64,000 nt of DNA from Octopus sinensis (Eukaryota). Both the position numbers and the translations under genes were made by a program. The DNA lies in contig NC_043005.1 of NCBI RefSeq assembly GCF_006345805.1, positions 98,456,001 through 98,520,000 on the forward strand. Direction: 5' to 3'. Below, piece after piece: positions 37,085-50,134 of this stretch (position 1 is the first letter of the stretch; the number at the start of each line of letters is the position of its first letter). Below the pieces are notes generated by a model, which saw only the letters and a list, made by a program, of their open reading frames with translations, ran no database searches and was not told the DNA's origin.

Positions 37085-37560
37085 TATTTCAGCCCGTCCC
37101 CTCCAAACCACCCTTAAAAAAAAAAAAATTTCGATACAAACCCCCTTTTCGGCTACGAGGAATACGAATCTGCAAAAAAATTGGCAAAAATTGGCATTTT
37201 TAAATTACCCCACCCACCCACCAATTAAAAAACCTTTTCAGAATTAAAAAAAAAAAAATATGCAGAAAAATACGGAAATTATGATTCTGAAAAAAATTTC
37301 CAAAAATTATTGTAAAATTGTTTTTAAGAATTTTTTTTTTTTCAAAATATGTGGGAAAATACGGACAAAAATTTCAAAACATTTCTGTAGTTACGGTTAG
37401 GGTTAGTTTTGGGGAAAAAAATTAAAATTGAAGAATTGAGGGGAGGAATTTCACAATGCCGATTTTTGGCAATTTTCTGAAACCTCCGTATCCGAAAACA
37501 GGGGTTTTTGTAAAAAAAAAAAAAATTGGGGAGAAAATGGGGTGGGGGATGGACGGAAGT
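37085..37560. mobile_element. Element with imperfect ~65-bp inverted arms and internal GGTTAGGGTTAG
   Basis: acaaacccccttttcggctacgagg..ttggcaaaaattggcatt (~37135-37200) matches the reverse complement of aatgccgatttttggcaattt..ccgtatccgaaaacaggggtttttgt (~37455-37512). Confidence 0.55.
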
Positions 37561-38875
37561 CTTTCCAAGAAATGTACTATAGGTGTACTAAAAAGCTGAA
37601 ACCATATCGCTTCATGCAAAAGACAAGTCTAAGGCCATGAGAGGCAAAAGATGTAACAGGAAGTCCGGGCAAGAATTTGAAACCTCAATTTTCGTCCCAC
37701 TGGCCACTTTTGAACAATGAGTGATGGATCTTGGCTTTTCATCACATTTATTTTAACTGCATGGAAATAGTTCTCTGTTGTCAATGTGGTTTCGGCCTGT
37801 CAAGACTGTTAACCGAGAATTTCCTGAAATAGATTATCTGTGTCCACGCTTCTAGGAACAGATAAAAAGTAACCTCAAAGATAAAATAGAAAGTATTACT
37901 CTCGCCAATTGCTTTTAGGAAATACCTTTCTCTTATACCAGAGAACTTCGCATGCACGCACAGAGAGAAAGAGAGAGAGTTCTCAGATATTGCTTTCATC
38001 AAGTTCATAAACTTGTACACAAGTGCATAGTTGTTTTTACAGACTTAGAAGAACTTGTAAGAACGGGACACATTTTGTCATACATTTATTCTGTCAAAAA
38101 TTCAACTATAACATTCCCACAACATACATCCAAAGAATAATACTTATACACAAACACAAAATTTAAGAGATTTCGTTTACTAAAAATACATTTCTACTCT
38201 TCACTTCTATTAACATTTTCCCTAGCCATTTCTCTTTGAGCTTGTAGCAAATCCAATATAAATTTAGTAAGCATAAATATTATTTCTATATCTGAAAAGA
38301 AAATCCTTCCTCTGTTTCTTCTTTCGTTCACAATATTTCAACTTAATGCATAGGAATCTGCATACACCGTGATGTGATCGACCACTAACGTACAGAATCT
38401 GTGTAGATTCAGAGGTTTAGTTTGGTGATAAAGCTGTTTTCAGTTTTTGGAGCCAGACTACCGCTGATATTTATTCTTGGTGACTTTGATTTTTAAAAAA
38501 TAAATTTTACTACCTTTTTATGTGAAAGTGATGATCTTTATCTCTTTGTGACATTAAAAATATTTTAAAATAATGTTTTATATCCATTAAAATGGACGAA
38601 AATCAAAAGTGGATTACTTGATCGGGTCTGATTTAAAACTAAACTTGCAAGACATTTTGTCCGATGTTCCACTGATTTTATAAACAGTCAACATGAATAT
38701 CTAAATATACAAGTAAAGGCACTGGTGTGTATTGGTGGATATGGGATTTGGACTAGATTAATATCGTTAATCTCATAGTACACCTATAAACAGCTAACGT
38801 GCCTTTATGTGCTCGCTGGAGTTGTCAGAAATTGCACCAAAATCTCTTACAAAAAATATTGTAGCAATAAATAAA

Positions 38876-39253
38876 TCTCTATATATAAAGCTGAAGTTGT
38901 CTGTGTATGCCTTCAACTAACACTATCTCCTCCGAGACCCTGCGGCGCAAATTGACCAAAATTGAGAGTATGATAAAGAAGATTTGCTCTTCATTCCGTA
39001 GAAGAAAAAATTCAAATCGGACCATGTTAACACCAAAAATTATTTGCATCAAAAAGGTGCTTTTTTTTTCTATGAAAATCCCTACTTTTTACGATTTTCT
39101 GACCGCAGTGTCGCCATTTTTCGGTGTATTTCAACCAGAAAAATGTTCACTTAAAGAGAATAACAAGCTATATAATGCAAAATTTTTACTTTTCAAAAAT
39201 TGCAATTCTAAAGGGTCGAAACAAACCCGAGCAATGCCGGGCGATACTGCTAG
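38876..39253 (+). mobile_element. Non-autonomous Helitron, ~390-bp family, copy 3
   Basis: A|TCTCTATATATAAAGCTGAAG...cccgagcaatgccggg...CTAG|T; small deletion near the 5' end relative to copy 1. Confidence 0.9.
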
Positions 39254-39788
39254 TAAATACAATAAAATAAAAAATGTACCCCTTGGCTACTGTAATCCTA
39301 GATAAACTTACATCTAGAAAAAGGAAAAGAAAAGAAAGAAATGGTAAAGCTACTCCTGAAATGCGTTTGATCATCCGTCTTGCTTCATTAGGGATAACTT
39401 TAAGCTAAATATTTCCTGCTTTTAGTTTCCAATATATTATGAGCAGCATACTAATTCTAGGAAAATTTGTTGCTCCAGTTTTCACATATTGGACATTTTT
39501 GTATATTTTTGTTAACAGAAAAAAATATTAACACTCACACACATCTGATTTCTAATCTCGGGCAAATGTCTAGACAATATAAAAAAATTAAAAAACACCG
39601 AAGTTAAAGTAGAGAGCTATGGGAGACTACTCTTGGTATCTTAATTCTGAATTCATGGTTTTCTCCCTTCTATTGAGTTGGCAAGAAAGTATATACAGGG
39701 TGATCCAAAAGTAGGGCAACAGTTGTATATTTTATACAACTGTGGTTGGGAAGCAAACTTCTTACCACACAGCCACGCCTGTGCCTCT

Positions 39789-39834
<46 letters not shown>

Positions 39835-40317
39835 TCATTTATGAATTTGTTTTGCAAGATTCCTGATGAGAAGTCGGGACGGTCATATTTTTTAGCAAAT
39901 AAACATATATATTCGTTCTTTGTTTATTGTTGTTTTTATTCTTTGTCCATTGTCTGGAAATCTTTCGTCTCACACCTGTGACCTCTTCTTCAACTCTCCA
40001 TCTCACGTGTCTCTTCCTGCTCTGTTTAGTTTAGTCAGAATGTGGTAGGGGTATTTAAAAAAATCAAATTTCGAAAATTTTTTTTGCTAAAAGGATGTTC
40101 CCCATCATTTCCAAGAGCGCCTTGAAGAAAAAAATCTGAAAAATCTCCGTCAAAACAGAGAAATTCCAACTTGTGTGCTACCTATCCCTGACGTCCGCCT
40201 ATATGGACACACACACACACATACAAATATGTACACACACACACACGAGTTTACAATAAGAATTATATTTCCTTTTATTAATGTACAATATTCTGTTTTT
40301 GTTGTAAATGCTATTAA

Positions 40318-40513
40318 CCCTTTAATTACTGTATATATTTTGAGATGCTCTGTGTTTCAGTTACTTTAAATATAACAAAGAATTTGGTGAAATAACTTAA
40401 TTATCATTAGGAACATAAATTGTGACTAAGGTTTGGTGGAAGATTTTAATTCAAAACTTCCACATTTGTGCTTAGAGCCAGGGGCAGTTTCAGCCAGGTT
40501 GGTAACAAAAGCG
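40318..40513. mobile_element. piggyBac-like MITE
   Basis: TTAA on both sides (40314-40317, 40514-40517); degenerate TIRs ccctttaattac and gtaacaaaagcg. Confidence 0.55.
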
Positions 40514-40810
40514 TTAAAATTGTTAAACATTATTGTTTTCTTTTGACTGAATTCAGGAATCCAGGAAAAGAAAAGTCAGAAAAAAAAAAATGTCAGGGAA
40601 TCTCAAGATTGTGACAGAATTTCGGCTGGAATACTCGTCTTAGTCATCAACATTAAACATGATGAATAGACATTTAATACCACAATATTGTGTAAGGTGT
40701 ATTCAACAAATACATGCATTGTCAAACGAATGACTTAATTTTTTTTTTTGTTTCATTGTCTTTGCTTCAGAAATTGAATAAAACTTTTTTTTATGAATAT
40801 GTAATGCCAT

Positions 40811-41250
40811 CTCTTTTACTCTTTTACTTGTTTCAGTCACTTGACTGCGGCCATGCTGGAGCACCACCTTTAGTCGGGACTTATACTTTGTAAGCCCAGT
40901 ACTTATTTTATCCTACTCTTTTGCCGAACCGCTAAGTGACGGGAACGTAAACATACAAACATCGGTTGTCAAGCAATGCTAGGGGGACAAACACAGACAC
41001 ACAAACACACACACACATACATACATACATACATACATACATACATACATACATACATACCCCCCCCCACACACACATACATACATACGACAGGCTTCTT
41101 TCAGTTTCCGTCTACCAAATCCACTCACAAGGCATTGGTCGGCCCGGGGCTATAGCAGAAGACACTTGCCCAAGATGCCACGCAGTGGGACTGAACCCGG
41201 AACCATGTGGTTGGTTAGCAAGCTACTTACCACACAGCCACTCCTGCGCC
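40811..41250 (-). mobile_element. SINE family I, full length
   Basis: ctcttttacttgtttcagtc...cacacagccactcctgcgcc. Confidence 0.9.
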
Positions 41251-42040
41251 ATCGTACATAAATTACGTACAATCCATGTTAATAACTGCTACTGCTGCTT
41301 CATGTACTTGCTTGATAGGGCTGGAGTCATCCCAGGTCAGTGATCCCAGAGACGTCATCATGTGTATGATGTGGATCTTTTCCCTACCAGTATACGAAGT
41401 TTTAAAGTGTTTAGTTAACTAGAAATTGTGTTGACATGTGCCGTTCAAAAGGAAAAGATCCACACATTCTACCAGTAGACGAAGTTTAAAAGTTTTTATT
41501 TACAAAGAAATTATTAAAAAAATCTGCCGGTCAAAGCGAAAAGATCCGCACTATATACTCTGACAAAACTAATACTACCAAATAGCCAGTCATTATTAAT
41601 AACAGTACCCACTGTTAGGCCACCACTAAAATCGCCATCTCTGCTATATCAACTCCAGTACCAGCCAACCATCACCACCACCGCCGCCGCCGCCATCACC
41701 ACCACCACCATCACTATCAACATTACTGCAAGTATTATCACATTAAGATTGTCAGCAGGAAACCCCACACCACCACCATCACCACCGTTAGAAGTGCCGC
41801 TACCATGGCCATCACTACGCCAATGCTATTCCACCACCTCCACGCCTAACGTCTCTCTACTACAAACATCATCAGTTTCCAACCATTGAATAACTTACCG
41901 CAGATTCCTTTACAAGCAACTAACAGTAAGTAAGATCTTTTTTTGACTATTCTAATGGGATGAATGATATGGGATGCCGCCTGTCTCTCTTTCTTTCTCC
42001 CTATCTATTGATGTCTTCCTCTCTCTCAATATCTAATTTC

Positions 42041-42142
<102 letters not shown>

Positions 42143-42553
42143 CATCCATCCATTCGTACATACATACATACATACATACATACATAGGAGTGGGGCAGAC
42201 AGGCGCACAGACCTTGGAGTTACTTATTCATGTTTAGGATACTAAGAATGGAGAACCCAAAGTGCTTGGACGAACCAGATTATATTTTGTTGAAGTCATT
42301 GTTTTAATAAATACACTCATACGTTGCGGGCGTAGGCATAGCCATGTGATTGCAAAGTTTGCTTCACAATCACATAGTTTTGGTTTCAGTCCTACTGCGC
42401 GGCACCGTGGGCGAGTGTCGGCCAAAACAATGTTTTATGAATAGAAGTGATGGACGGTAAGTGAGAAGGACAAAAGTAAAGAATACGTACACCTGATGTT
42501 TAGGGTTAGGGTTTTCGTTACGCCGAAAACGGGTGGTGTACATATTCTGGGAA

Positions 42554-42847
42554 CAGTTTCACACCTCTCTTTGAAAAATGCATGTTTTTGAAAAGTTTTT
42601 TTATTTTCAGATTCCTATTAAATTTTATAACATTAATTATTAAATGTTAATGTTTGTTTCTCATAAAATGGTGTATGTTTATATTACATTATATTATTAT
42701 TTACGATTATTTAAAGCAAGCAAGAGTAAAATGCAAATTTAAAAAAAAAATTGTTTTGCATATTCGTAATCTCCGACATCTAAAACGTAGGAATCCGAAA
42801 AAAATGTTTTAAAAAAAATGCATTTTTCAAAGAGAGTTGCGAAACTG
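42554..42847. mobile_element. MITE-like element with ~41-bp inverted arms
   Basis: cagtttcacacctctctttgaaaaatgcatgtttttgaaaa matches the reverse complement of ttttaaaaaaaatgcatttttcaaagagagttgcgaaactg. Confidence 0.65.
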
Positions 42848-44699
42848 CATTATTCGGCCGTATTCTTTACCTGCGCCACTGAAAAGTGTGTGGTGCGGGT
42901 GGATCTACGTTTCCGGGTGGATCTACGTTTCCTCATTCATACTGAGTTAGTAAAAACGGTATCTTTGTTTACAATTACCGATAAACAAAAATTCTGCAGT
43001 TAAGGCTTTGGGCGTATTAGGACCAGTGGAATTAAAGGAAAAACAAAAAAGGAACATCTCATATGGAATCAATCATACAAAATCTGTCTTGATAAGAGGT
43101 TTCAGCTGAGTTGGCATCGAAAAACCGACGTAAAATCGAACGGTCTACACACACACGCGCGCACACACACACGCACACACACACACACACACACGCACAC
43201 ACACGCACTCACACACGCGCGCACACACACATACACACGTATTTATGTATGTGCCATATGCACGTTACCTCTCTGTCAATGTGACTGCTAGTCTATCAAT
43301 AAATTTACCTGTCTCTCAATGTGACTGCTATCTATCTAATAAATTTCTGTCTCTCTCTCTCTCTGTCTATCTATCTATCTATCTATCTATCTACTGTGTC
43401 TATCTATCTATCTATCTATCTTCTCTATCTATCTATCTCTCTATCTCTCTCTCTGTCTATCTATCTATCTATCTATCTATCTCTCTCTGTCTATCAAGCA
43501 TAGAGAAGTGGATGTGTAAATATGTGTTAATGGTTAGCATCATGTGTGAATGTAAGATACCTAATACTGTTATGTTGTAGTTTAGATGCAGGTCAGTTAT
43601 GATCATTATCAGGACATTTTATTTTTATTTTTGTGTGTGCATGAGGGTTAATGGCTTAATTTGAATATAAATAAGAAATAAAGTAAAATAAATAATAAAG
43701 CAGAATATTTATTTTACCTTATTTTTTACATTCAAATTAATTATATTTAAACCATGCTAGCATGGAACACAGATGTTAGATGAGGATGATGATGATTATG
43801 ATAATTGACTGCCATTAATTTACCTTTAGTTATAAAAGATTACCATTATTTACTATTAAATATCATTAATCATGGCCATCCCATCTTATTTTCAGAGTGC
43901 ATTATCCAATGTATCCTTTGTTTCTTTTAAGATAGTAAAGTGTTGTTTGAGTAGAATTTGTCTACTGCTTCTAGCAAGTAGAGTGACCACATAGACTCTC
44001 CCACATATATAGTCATGTGTGTGATGTACCCTATGCTATGTGTAAGGAGCTTTAGACTTTTATGTGTGAAGTAAGGTATTTGTATTGTTTCACATGTATG
44101 TAAGGTACTTTATATTGTTATTTTTTATATTGTCTCATCATCATTATTTTAACATCTACTCTTCCTTGATCGTGTGGATCAGATGAGACTTCATTATGGC
44201 TGAATTTTCTATGCTCTTCCGGATACTAGCCCTTATCTGTTTCTAAGCAAGTTAATAATTCCCCAGACAATCAAACAACAGCCCAGACATGCTTTTGTAG
44301 AGGACTGCAAACAAAGTGATAGTTTGTATGAACAGTGAGACCTTGTTTATAATCAACACATATGTTAAGATGAAAGGAATACACACTTAGTCACATACAA
44401 GTACACATATTTATTATTAGCGGCAGAAGCAGTATCTTATTTAGTGTGGATATACTGTAGAAAACAAAAAAAACGGCAATATTTGTCTTGAGAAAGTATC
44501 TTATGTAGATGTATAGTGTTAAGAAGCAGAAGTATACTGCTACATAAATACATACATACATGCGCGCGCACACGATAGGGTGCTTTCAGTTTCTTTCTAC
44601 CATATTTCCTTTATGACATACACTAAATAGTGGAGAACACCAACCAACAACGTTCAGACAGTGAGATTGTGCCCCTAACTACAAGGTTCTGAAGTGAAT

Positions 44700-47300
44700 T
44701 TCTTGATCACGTAGCCAGGATTTCCCTCTTTCTTGTTACATAGATCTTCATACTGTTCTTTCACTACATCTGTATTTATCTATATCTTCCACCTTTCTTT
44801 TAGGTTCTCTGATTCAAACCTCCTTTATGTTCTTGCACACTTTTATCATTTGACATGAACACATTCTGTGAAGTGATCTTCCATACTTATTTCTTTATTA
44901 CCCACAAGGGGCTAAACATAGAGGGGACAAACAAGGACAGACATAGGTATTAAGTCGATTACATCGACCCCAGTGTGTAACTGGTACTTAATTTATCAAC
45001 CCCAAAAAGATGAAAGGCAAAGTCAACCTCAGCGGAATTTGAACTCACAACGTAACGGCAGACGAAATACCGCTGAGCATTTCGTCCGGCGTGCTAACGA
45101 TTCTGCCAGCTCGCCGCCTTCTATACCTAATTAATACAAACTGATCTTCTCTGCTCAACATCTTAAAAGGACTGTGTAAACCTTTAAAGTTTTGTCTTCT
45201 ATAATAGATCTGGTCAGCAGCAACAAAATCTTCATTGGTGTAACTCCTCACTTTAGATTTCAATACTCTGTATTTTTTCACTAACCACAGCTTCCATGAA
45301 AATGTTTCTTTCTGCATGAAGAGCATTTATTCTATATCACTAGTTGTTTGGGATTTCAGAGCAGGTAACTAGTCAATCAGAACTAATGATGAAGTGTTAA
45401 CATTTGCCAGGACTCTCTTGCTCACGCTTCTCATCAACAAATAATTTCTGCATTATTTCTGCTGCTATCTTATTGTGATGCTCTACAGTACCATTACTAA
45501 ATGAACCGTCTACAGCTGTAGTACAAGTTTCAATGTTTCTCATTCGTTTTTCTGTAATAATCATAGTTTAACTATGATGGTTGTTGCATTGGGTGTGCTG
45601 CCACATCCAGTGCTACCAAATTTCAAGCAGGGGTATAACAGAAGTTTTCCATTAAGATTTGTGATTAAATTAATGAGTAAGGTTAATATATATAATGAAT
45701 TTGCCATTTTAGATGGATGTGCAGCACACATCTATCACACTCAGAATATATGCCCCTGAAAAACATATTCCTTATGATCTCTTCTATTTTCTTTGTTTTA
45801 ATTAAACTGGCAGAGAAGAATCAAATATCAGCATCATTAAGATGCAGAATTCAGATCAAGACAAAGTGTATCTCTGAGCTTATTCCTATGAGGCAATCCC
45901 ACCATTGTTCTCAGTGGAGGTCTTCTGAACTTAAAACAAATCAAACAAGTATCACAAATTTATTTGACTAGTTCTAATAATCCATCATCCTTGAAGGTCC
46001 TACTCTTTGTATCAAAGGTCACTAGTTTCTCCTTAGAAGCATGAGCAATCTGGCAGTGAATATTATTAGCCCCCTCCTTCACTTTCTTCTTCTCTGGAGC
46101 ACTATTTTAATATTCTTTTTCTTTTGTTTTTTACATGTAATACAATGTTTGGATATTGCAATTTATTAACACTTTCTTAGTTCAATGAACACAATAATCA
46201 CCAGACAACGTGGTTTTCAGTTTGACAGATCAACCTCAAATCCAACCACAATCCTTTTAAATTCCAACTTTGTTCCATCAGTTTTTGTAGTTCTTTGGCT
46301 TAAAATAAAAAAAGGTAAATCAGTTTTCTCAAAGTCAGCTTCAGTGTAAACTCTGATACCTTCTATAGTAACTGGAAACTTGATTATCTTACAGGGAATT
46401 TATTGCCTCTCCATTAACAGAAGCTTGACAGATTTACTAATCTTAATCAAGTCTTTTCTCCCATCACTTTTAACTAGCATCCTCCAGTAATTGTACAAAT
46501 AAAGCAGAGTTTATCACTAGCCATAATAAATATCTTTCACAGAAGTAGGCATGTCACTCAGTGTCATTATCAGAATATCTTCATAAGGTATTTCAACATG
46601 GAATAAAGTTACATACACCTGATCAGATTCTACGACTGCCTTAACATGCTTCATATTACAGTCCCTAGCAAAATAATGGATTTACATTTGAAGCATGTCA
46701 TTATCCATTATCTCACTGTTTGAGGGATTTGACCTTATATTACAATACGATTAACTGTTGCCTCTCATTCTCTCACACTCTTTCTCTCTGTAAAATTGCT
46801 TACACCCTCTCCCTCCGTCAGATCTGGAGTAGTTAAAGCTTACAGTCTCTGACTCATAATCTGCAGTTTTGTACAACACACTCACTCATTGAAATATCTT
46901 CAAATGCCTTCTTGAGGGTGTCTTTCATGCCTTCATAAATTACATGAGAACATGTGGTACGTCAGCTTTTCATTTCCTTCTGATAAACGAACATATATAA
47001 CAGAATGCTTGAACATCTTCAGATAAAGCAGTTGTAAATTGCAATAGTTTTTTTTTTTTTTTTTTTTTGATATAATGAAATTCATACTGGATGAAGAAGT
47101 AATTCAAACTTATATCTAAAAGATTTTTGCAAGAATAAAATTCTTTAAATGGCTTGTATATTCTCATTTTGTCGTTCTGAAGATATTGGTTATAAGCTTG
47201 AATTCAAAGTCTTTACAAAGATCAATGGATGTCAGCTAGTGTGAACATTCATGGATGTAAAGAGGCAATGATAAAAACATAGCAGCTCCTTGTTCATTTC
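44700..47300 (-). pseudogene. Ty1/Copia GalEa-clade relic (gag-knuckle-PR-IN), highly degenerate
   Basis: Minus frames give EQGAAMFLSLP; CFKCKS.YFARDC; KFPVTIEG..DLPF..SGDYC; IHCQIAHASKEKL..CDTCLICFKFRRPPLRTMVGLP..CLDL; SNGTVEHHN; NALHAERNIF..SEKYRVLKSKVR..DQIYYRR. All follow the GalEa pattern (from recall). LTRs and RT not found. Confidence 0.8.
44887..45118 (-). mobile_element. SINE family II inserted into the Copia integrase
   Basis: Full head to tail; degenerate ~12-bp TSD (taggtatagaag / taagtatggaag on the minus strand). Confidence 0.88.
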
Positions 47301-47318
47301 TTGTTTTTTTGGTAAATT

Positions 47319-47350
<32 letters not shown>

Positions 47351-47351
<1 letters not shown>

Positions 47352-48185
47352 TAGCAGTATTGCCCAGCTCGTGTGCTCGTGCATTCTATGCACGTGCAAA
47401 TTAAGCTAAACTTGGATGAAGTTCAATCAAAATTCAATTATTTTGGTTTTAAAATCAAGCATTTAATGCCCTCTATTTTTGCGCTTATGTGTCCCATTTC
47501 CTCAATAGGAAGTACGTAGAAGCGTTTCATAAATTTTTGTTGATCAAATAATTGCATTGTTGAATTATTCTTTTAGATCAGTATTTCTCAACGGGGATTT
47601 CAGGGGAGAGTTTCAGGGAGTCGCTGGTGATGTATTGTGATGATCAAAAATCCAGCCTGCTAAAATTTGGTTAAAGTGATTCAACCTGCAGACTCAACGC
47701 AAAATGGTCACATTTAATTCAAAGCATTAAAAATGTTATGAAAACAATTGGTATGTGTTCACAAAATCTAAACGATTAATACGAAAAAACCCTCCAGGCT
47801 ACATCCCGAAAATTCATTTCTTTGCCGAATTTCTACAATGTTTACAGCAATTCGTTTTTATATCTTGATTTTTTATTTTTCATGCAATTTACGTATGCTT
47901 GCTCATGTGGTGAACACAGTTCACATCAAACAGCTGACTGAGTAAAGTTCACTATTCAATGCATGGGATAAGGCCTAAACAAACACATTATCGATTTTTG
48001 CACTTGTGAGATGAATTTCGGAACAGAAATAGTGCAGTTCAATTTTCATTCGCCTAAACTTTAAGTGACCCATTTTGGTGGTTCTACGATTTGTTGGCTA
48101 GGAGGAGATGTGCTGGGAAGTTAAACACACAGACACGCACACAGATACTCACACAGACACACAAGTTGAGTTTTATATATATAGA
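47351..48185 (-). mobile_element. Non-autonomous Helitron (835 bp)
   Basis: a|ctagcagtattgccc 3' end shared with the 390-bp family; 5' end atctatatatataaaactcaacttgtgtgtctg on the minus strand. Confidence 0.8.
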
Positions 48186-48528
48186 TATATATGATCTGTA
48201 TTCAATTGATAGAAGAAAAGAAAATGGAGAGGTCAACATGTAATCTTCTATTGTATATTTTTTCCTGGATGATATTTTTCAACTCTTCATTTTCTTTTCT
48301 TCTATTTACTGAATACAGATTATATGCATAATATATACCTATTGATTTAGGGAAATTTTATTTTCCAAAAATATTAGGTTTAGAACCAGTGTTTTCTTAG
48401 ACATAATCATCCCTTTTAGAGGTTAATATATCTTCTAATTAACATATATGTATATAATATATATATATGTATGTGTGTGTATATATATATATGCATGTGT
48501 ATATATGTATGTGTGTGTGTGTGTGTAT

Positions 48529-48608
<80 letters not shown>

Positions 48609-48860
48609 TGTGCTGGTGGCATGTAAAAAGAACCAACTGATCGTGGCCGTTGCCAGCCTCCTCTGGCACCTGTGCCGGTGGCATGTAAAAAGCACCCACT
48701 ACACTCATGGAGTGGTTGGTGTTAGGAAGGGCATCCAGATGTAGAAATACTGCCAGATCAGACTGGAGCCTGGTGCAGCCTCCTGGCTTCCCAGACCCCA
48801 GTCGAACCGTCCAACCCATGCTAGCAAGGAAAACGGACGTTAAACGATGATGATGATGAT
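48609..48860 (+). mobile_element. RTE 3' UTR-only insertion within (TA)n
   Basis: gtgctggtggcatgtaaaaag..gtccaacccatgctagc..gttaaacgatgatgatg. Confidence 0.85.
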
Positions 48861-49149
48861 ATATATATATATATACTCATACATACATGCATACATACAT
48901 ACATACATACATATCACAGCTGGATCCTCATTACATGAGAAAAGCCATTGCCAAGAAGACTTACTGAAATGATTCATGATTGTTGCTATGTGATGCCCTT
49001 ATATGACTTTTAAGCCGGGCCAAGCTTTTACACATTTTATTACATACTAGACACTGTGCCGGCAGGCAGGAGAAGCAGGTGCTACTATATGCACTCTCTT
49101 AACATGTCTTTTTAGACCTCCAACTGAGAGGCACTCCCTTCCACATTTT

Positions 49150-49590
49150 ACTCACGTTCTGTTATGAATTTTAAAAGCCACATCATTGTTTATCATGGGT
49201 CGATTTCTATGAGAATTTTGATGGCTCACCAGGCCTGCATGACTCAAACGCCTCCGCCCACAAACCACACACGTAAAAAGCAACACTCTCTCACTTTCCA
49301 CAGGTTCTCCCCTTCTAACCCCCCCCCCTAATTCTCTCATACTTCACTCTCTCCCTCTCAAACCTTGAACAACCATCATGCACTATCTTCCTCCATCCAT
49401 CACGCTCTTGTGCCTCCCTCTCCCAATTACCAGCTGCAATTCCTGTCTGTATTAGAGCGTTTTTAAGGCAATCCTTAAACTTTAGTTTAGGCTTATGCGC
49501 TGGTCTCCTGCCATCTTCCAGGTCACCATTCAATAGCTGCTTGGGCAGTCGCTCATCACTCATCCTTACCAAATGCCCCCCCCCCTACCT
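49150..49590 (-). mobile_element. RTE (BovB-like) LINE 3' coding end with C2H2 finger
   Basis: VRMSDERLPKQLLNGDLEDGRRPAHKPKLKFKDCLK..WEREAQERDGWR; FTCVVCGR..SHAGLVSHQNSH. Confidence 0.88.
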
Positions 49591-49843
49591 AAAACGTCTT
49601 TGTAAAATCATTGACTCTATACTTCTACTGCCACTTCTCTCAAGTACCTCCACATTACTAATGGCCATTTTCCAGTTTATCCCCCAAATTTTTCTCAGAC
49701 AGTATTGATGAAATCATTCCAATTGCCTTACCTGCCTATGGTAAACAACCCATGCCTCACTTCCATACACACACACACACATACATACATACATATATAT
49801 GTATGTATATGTATGTATGTTTGTATGTATGTATGTATGTATG

Positions 49844-49901
<58 letters not shown>

Positions 49902-49970
49902 TCTCTTGAGCACCACCAGCAAAAATATTTTTTCCTCTGTCTTCCCTTCTTGGGATCTTTCCTTCTCCTT

Positions 49971-50005
49971 GTTTCCGACGAAGAGCTCCGCTCGAAACGT
50001 TAAAC
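49971..50005 (+). ncRNA. Minimal type I hammerhead-like motif (U4C variant) in a (TA)n-flanked Penelope-type terminal repeat
   Basis: gttt-CCGACGA-a-gagc(tcc)gctc-GAAA-c-g-T-T-aaac. Confidence 0.65.
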
Positions 50006-50134
50006 CCTCCTTCCCTTCTTTCCTGAGCGTCAATAATACTTTAATTGTTCCACGTCCTCGCGTTGCTGTTTTTTTCTCTTTTTTTCTGTGTTTTCTTGTT
50101 TGGATTAACTTTATATGTATATATATATATATAA

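Noticed and set aside
41560-41930. His/Thr-rich GC island with nearby gtaagt as an exon
   Set aside because: No frame is open from a start or acceptor to the donor; composition is (CAC)n decay.
42495-42512. Telomere or interstitial telomeric array
   Set aside because: Only two TTAGGG units, embedded in a repeat element.
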